A stretch of DNA of 63,941 nt, counting the filler. It is 18 parts of 18 records of this genome, joined end to end, with 100 filler letters (N's around TTAATTAATTAA, not from the genome) between each part and the next. Parts side by side here need not be neighbours in the genome. Positions count along the whole stretch, not along the records: positions 59,417 to 61,758 come from SRR11831580_2606; positions 61,859 to 63,941 come from SRR11831580_2822; 16 more parts are not named here. One strand, 5' to 3'. Of this stretch, positions 60,550 through 63,941 are shown one piece after another; position 1 is the first letter of the stretch; each line of letters opens with the position of its first letter. Both the position numbers and the translations under genes were made by a program. The notes beneath the pieces are model-generated. The model saw only the letters and a list, made by a program, of their open reading frames with translations. It had not been told where the DNA came from and ran no database searches.

Positions 60550-61724
60550 TATCTAATCTCCCAGCGTGGTTTAATCAGACGATCGAAAATTTCATTGCAG
60601 ACAGGTTCCCAAATAGAAAGAGCATTTCTCCAGGCACCAGTTGAAGAGCGTTGATCAATGGCCTGTTCAAAAACAGTTCTCATCCGGATCTGACCTTTAC
60701 CAACTTCATCCGTTTCACGTACAACATTTTTTAGAACCATGCTTCCCCAGGCATCCCGAATTTGCTCCTCCATCCACGGGGACTGAGAGCCATTACTATT
60801 GCTGTATTTGGTAAGCAAAATACGTACATCAGGCTCGAACCCTTTAAGATCAACGTTCTTGAGCAGATCACGAAGCATATCGAAAAACTGCAGTGCGGAG
60901 GTGTAGTCAAACAACTCAGCAGGCGTGGGAACAATCAGCACATCAGCAGCACATACGACATTAATCGTGCCGATACCCAGGTTAGGCGCGCTGTCAATAA
61001 CTATGACATCATAGTCATGAGCAACAGTTTCAATGGCCAGTCGGAGCATCAGGTGTGGATCGGTGGGCAGTTTACCTTCATCAAATTTGCCCATTAACTC
61101 AGTTTCAATACGGTGCAGAGCCAGACAGGAAGGAATAATGTCAAGCCCCGGCCAGCAAGTGGGCTTTATTGCATAAGTGACATCGTCCTTTTCCCCAAGA
61201 TAGAAAGGCAGGAGAGTGTCTTCTGCATGAATATGAAGATCTGGTACCCATCCGTGATACATTGAGGCTGTTCCCTGGGGGTCGTTACCTTCCACGAGCA
61301 AAACACGTAGCCCCTTCAGAGCCAGATCCTGAGCAAGATGAACAGAAACTGAGGTTTTGTAAACGCCACCTTTATGGGCAGCAACCCCGATCACCGGTGG
61401 AAATACGTCTTCAGCACGTCGCAATCGCGTACCAAACACATCACGCATATGATTAATTTGTTCAATTGTATAACCAACACGTTGCTCAACCCGTCCTCGA
61501 ATTTCCATATCCGGGTGCGGTAGTCGCCCTGCTTTCTCGGCATCTCTGATAGCCTGAGAAGAAACCCCAACTAAATCCGCTGCTTCACCTATTCTCCAGC
61601 GCCGGGTTATTTTCCTCGCTTCCGGGCTGTCATCATTAAACTGTGCAATGGCGATAGCCTTCGTCATTTCATGACCAGCGTTTATGCACTGGTTAAGTGT
61701 TTCCATGAGTTTCATTCTGAACAT
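60549..61724 (-). CDS. sopA: F plasmid partition ATPase SopA (ParA family)
   Basis: KGGVYKT deviant Walker [10 protein letters not shown]. Confidence 0.97.
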
Positions 61725-61858
61725 CCTTTAATCATTGCTTTGCGTTTTTTTATTAAATNNNNNNNNNNNNNNNNNNNNNNNNNNNNNNNNNNNNNNNNNN
61801 NNTTAATTAATTAANNNNNNNNNNNNNNNNNNNNNNNNNNNNNNNNNNNNNNNNNNNN

Positions 61859-62030
61859 GGAAGATCTTGCCACAAACTTCGCATTCACACTCGCGCGCGG
61901 ACTTGACCGGTCGCGTGACAGCTTTCCGGGCGCGGACATCGTGAAACGCTGTGTGCTGCAGCGGGGAATGGCGATCGAGTCCTCGAAGGGAGGTCTCGGA
62001 GAGCGTAGCGTGAAGCACAGAAACCGCCAT
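61859..62030 (-). CDS. Possible 5' end of a eukaryotic C2H2 zinc-finger gene
   Basis: ATG 62030 open to the contig end, finishing CECEVCGKIF (first half of a C2H2 finger); nothing more is visible. Confidence 0.25.
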
Positions 62031-62842
62031 CGTGCACCACCGCCGCCGAACGCCAAGCACACACACACACAGTGAAAGGCAGCGAGCCCACGCAGAACCC
62101 ACGCGATATCCACGTTGGATGCTGGGCTCCTGTTGCATTACAGGCCTCGCTTAAAGCGGTCGAACGGCCGCATCGAGCCATATGCGGCAGGTGGGACCGT
62201 ATCGCGATCTGGGGGTGTCTCGATGAGGGCATGTGGGGGAGCGTGTGTGGGCGTGTTGCCTTTATTCCCACACTCTCGTTGCCGGATAGGGTACGAAGTA
62301 ACACGAAAATGGAGCGTGTTGTTAACTGTATTAAGAAACTCGCGAGGTCAGCGGCGCGGGACTGCCGCAGAGATTCTCAGGAATGTAAACACAGATTAAC
62401 AGCAGTTACGGCACAGCTGTCTGAGCTGTGCGGTAGCCTTGCGGTTGAGATACAGGTAGCAGGAATCAGGATGGTTTGTCTTGCAAAGTCTCGTACTCTG
62501 TCACAAGATTTACAACAGAAAGTTCAGAAACTTGCGGCAAACGCATAAGTGTCCACCGCGCTTACAGTGACTCTCGAGCCTCGAGATGACGATAGCTGCC
62601 ACACCGTTCCCGAAATCAATGACGCACATTCTCTATATGTGGACGTGTTCCTCAAAACTCACCGCACGGATCCACACAACACACACTGCCCGAAAGATGC
62701 AACAGCAATGTCCGCTTTGGGAGAAACGGACCAGGGTGGTTCTTTTCGCTGTTCATCTCTCTCTCTCTCTTGCTCTCTCTCTGTCTGTCTGAAGCGCACC
62801 AACGCCTTGTTTGTCTGCCTGTTGAGGACCAGGAACGAGAAA

Positions 62843-63941
62843 ATGGGAGCTGGACCCAGTCGCTTTGAAGATGAGAGTGAAGTTGCGGAGCGCACGTATG
62901 TGGCGGTTCGCCAGAGACCAGTCCGTGTTAATGGTCCCAAGCGCGCCCTTGTATTGGGTGGTGGCGGATCTTATGGTGCTTACGAAGTCGGCGCATTGAA
63001 TGTGTTGACCGACCCTCAGTACAACCTGCCCGGTACGACCGCCCAAAGGAATATCACCAACAGTTCTCATGTATGTGCAGACTGGGATATTATCTGCGGT
63101 GTTTCGGTGGGCGCCGTTAATGGCTCCATTTTCTCTCGGTTCCCACTGGGGCAACAGCAAGCCGCTGCGCAAAAGTTGAACGAGCTTTGGGGAAAACTCA
63201 ACACCAGCAAGGTACATTGACCTTTCATTTTGGTTTTGTCTCGCAATCCCGCTCATCCCAGCCCCAGGTGTACAAATCATGGTGCGGCGACGCGTCCTGC
63301 TCCTCATGCTGCGGCGGCGCCATCGACTATCTGTGCGGCTTCTGCCATAAGGGCATTTATGATACCAGCCCGCTGTTGGCCTCTCTCATCCCCGAACTCG
63401 ATCAGAGCGCCGTCCGTGCCAGTGGCCGTCTTCTTCGCGTTGGCGTTTGCGCTATTCGCAGCGGTGAGTACAACAACTTTGACTATCCCCAGCCCAACCC
63501 TCAAGAGGAGATCCCCCTTGTGGATGCCGTCATGAGCTCCTCCGCCTTCCCGCTGGCATTCGAGCCCATTCAAATCGGTGACGAGTGGTACATGGACGGC
63601 GGGGTGCGCTTCATCCATCCGATTCAGGCCGCTGTCGAAGCTGGCGCAACTGGTACGCTGTTTCGCATGATCCGTCGGCGTTGTTGCTCAGTCTCACCAT
63701 CCCCTGCTGTAGATATCACAATCGTCTCTGGTAGCAGCGAGGCCAACTCAGCCGATGTGGACGGAGGCTCGCTCAACGCATTCCAGGTGGCCCTGCGCGC
63801 ATCCGCCCTGCAGAGCAACGAGATTGTGCGCCGCGATATCGAAACATTCGTCGCGTACCAGGCCCCCTCGCTGAACATCTCGTACCGCGTGATTCTGCCC
63901 AAGCTGGCCCTGCCGTTGGACCCGCTGAACTTTGACCCGAC
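62843..63941 (+). CDS. Patatin-like phospholipase, 4+ exons, 3'-truncated
   Basis: ALVLGGGGSYG oxyanion loop, GVSVG nucleophile, SSAFP and YMDGG; introns 63033-63080, 63212-63267 and 63653-63712 keep the frame. Confidence 0.88.

Noticed and set aside
62072-62548. 158-aa plus-strand ORF upstream of the patatin gene
   Set aside because: No motif or convincing splice structure; cannot be supported as coding.

Overview
This is not a contiguous genome segment. It is 18 unrelated small contigs joined by an artificial 100-nt spacer (44 N + TTAATTAATTAA + 44 N), i.e. a concatenated bin of unplaced contigs. Eleven contigs are Escherichia coli K-12-like chromosome fragments (ynfK-clcB-dmsD, nadR-radA-serB-ytjB, fmt-rsmB-trkA, yicI-yicH, oppF-yciU-clsA, mmuM-mmuP, xylGHR, deoABD-yjjJ-lplA, yphCDE, yieP-hsrA-rbsRKB, hisCBH). 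Two are F plasmid (traN-trbC-traU-traW-trbI-traC; sopC-sopB-sopA). Five are nuclear DNA of an intron-rich, probably flagellated eukaryote (8636-11917, 40182-43108, 43209-45437, 50732-56942, 61859-63941). A residual 454 Titanium paired-end linker and single-base homopolymer frameshifts point to a 454 assembly of a protist genome carrying an F+/F' E. coli contaminant or food bacterium. The bacterial parts are well-known genes. The interesting material is eukaryotic and largely invisible in the ORF track because it must be spliced: (1) a six-intron gene for a retroviral-type D(35)E integrase + GPY/F-like module + chromodomain + long repeat tail with ubiquitin-binding-like motifs (Ginger/Polinton-like DNA transposase or domesticated integrase); (2) a dynein heavy chain homolog whose essential AAA1 ATPase site appears destroyed while the AAA2-4 P-loops remain; (3) a probably myristoylated patatin phospholipase with a Cys-rich insert; (4) a trichohyalin-like coiled-coil gene with a GC-AG intron. 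Gene names and reference comparisons come from recall of known proteins, not from database searches.
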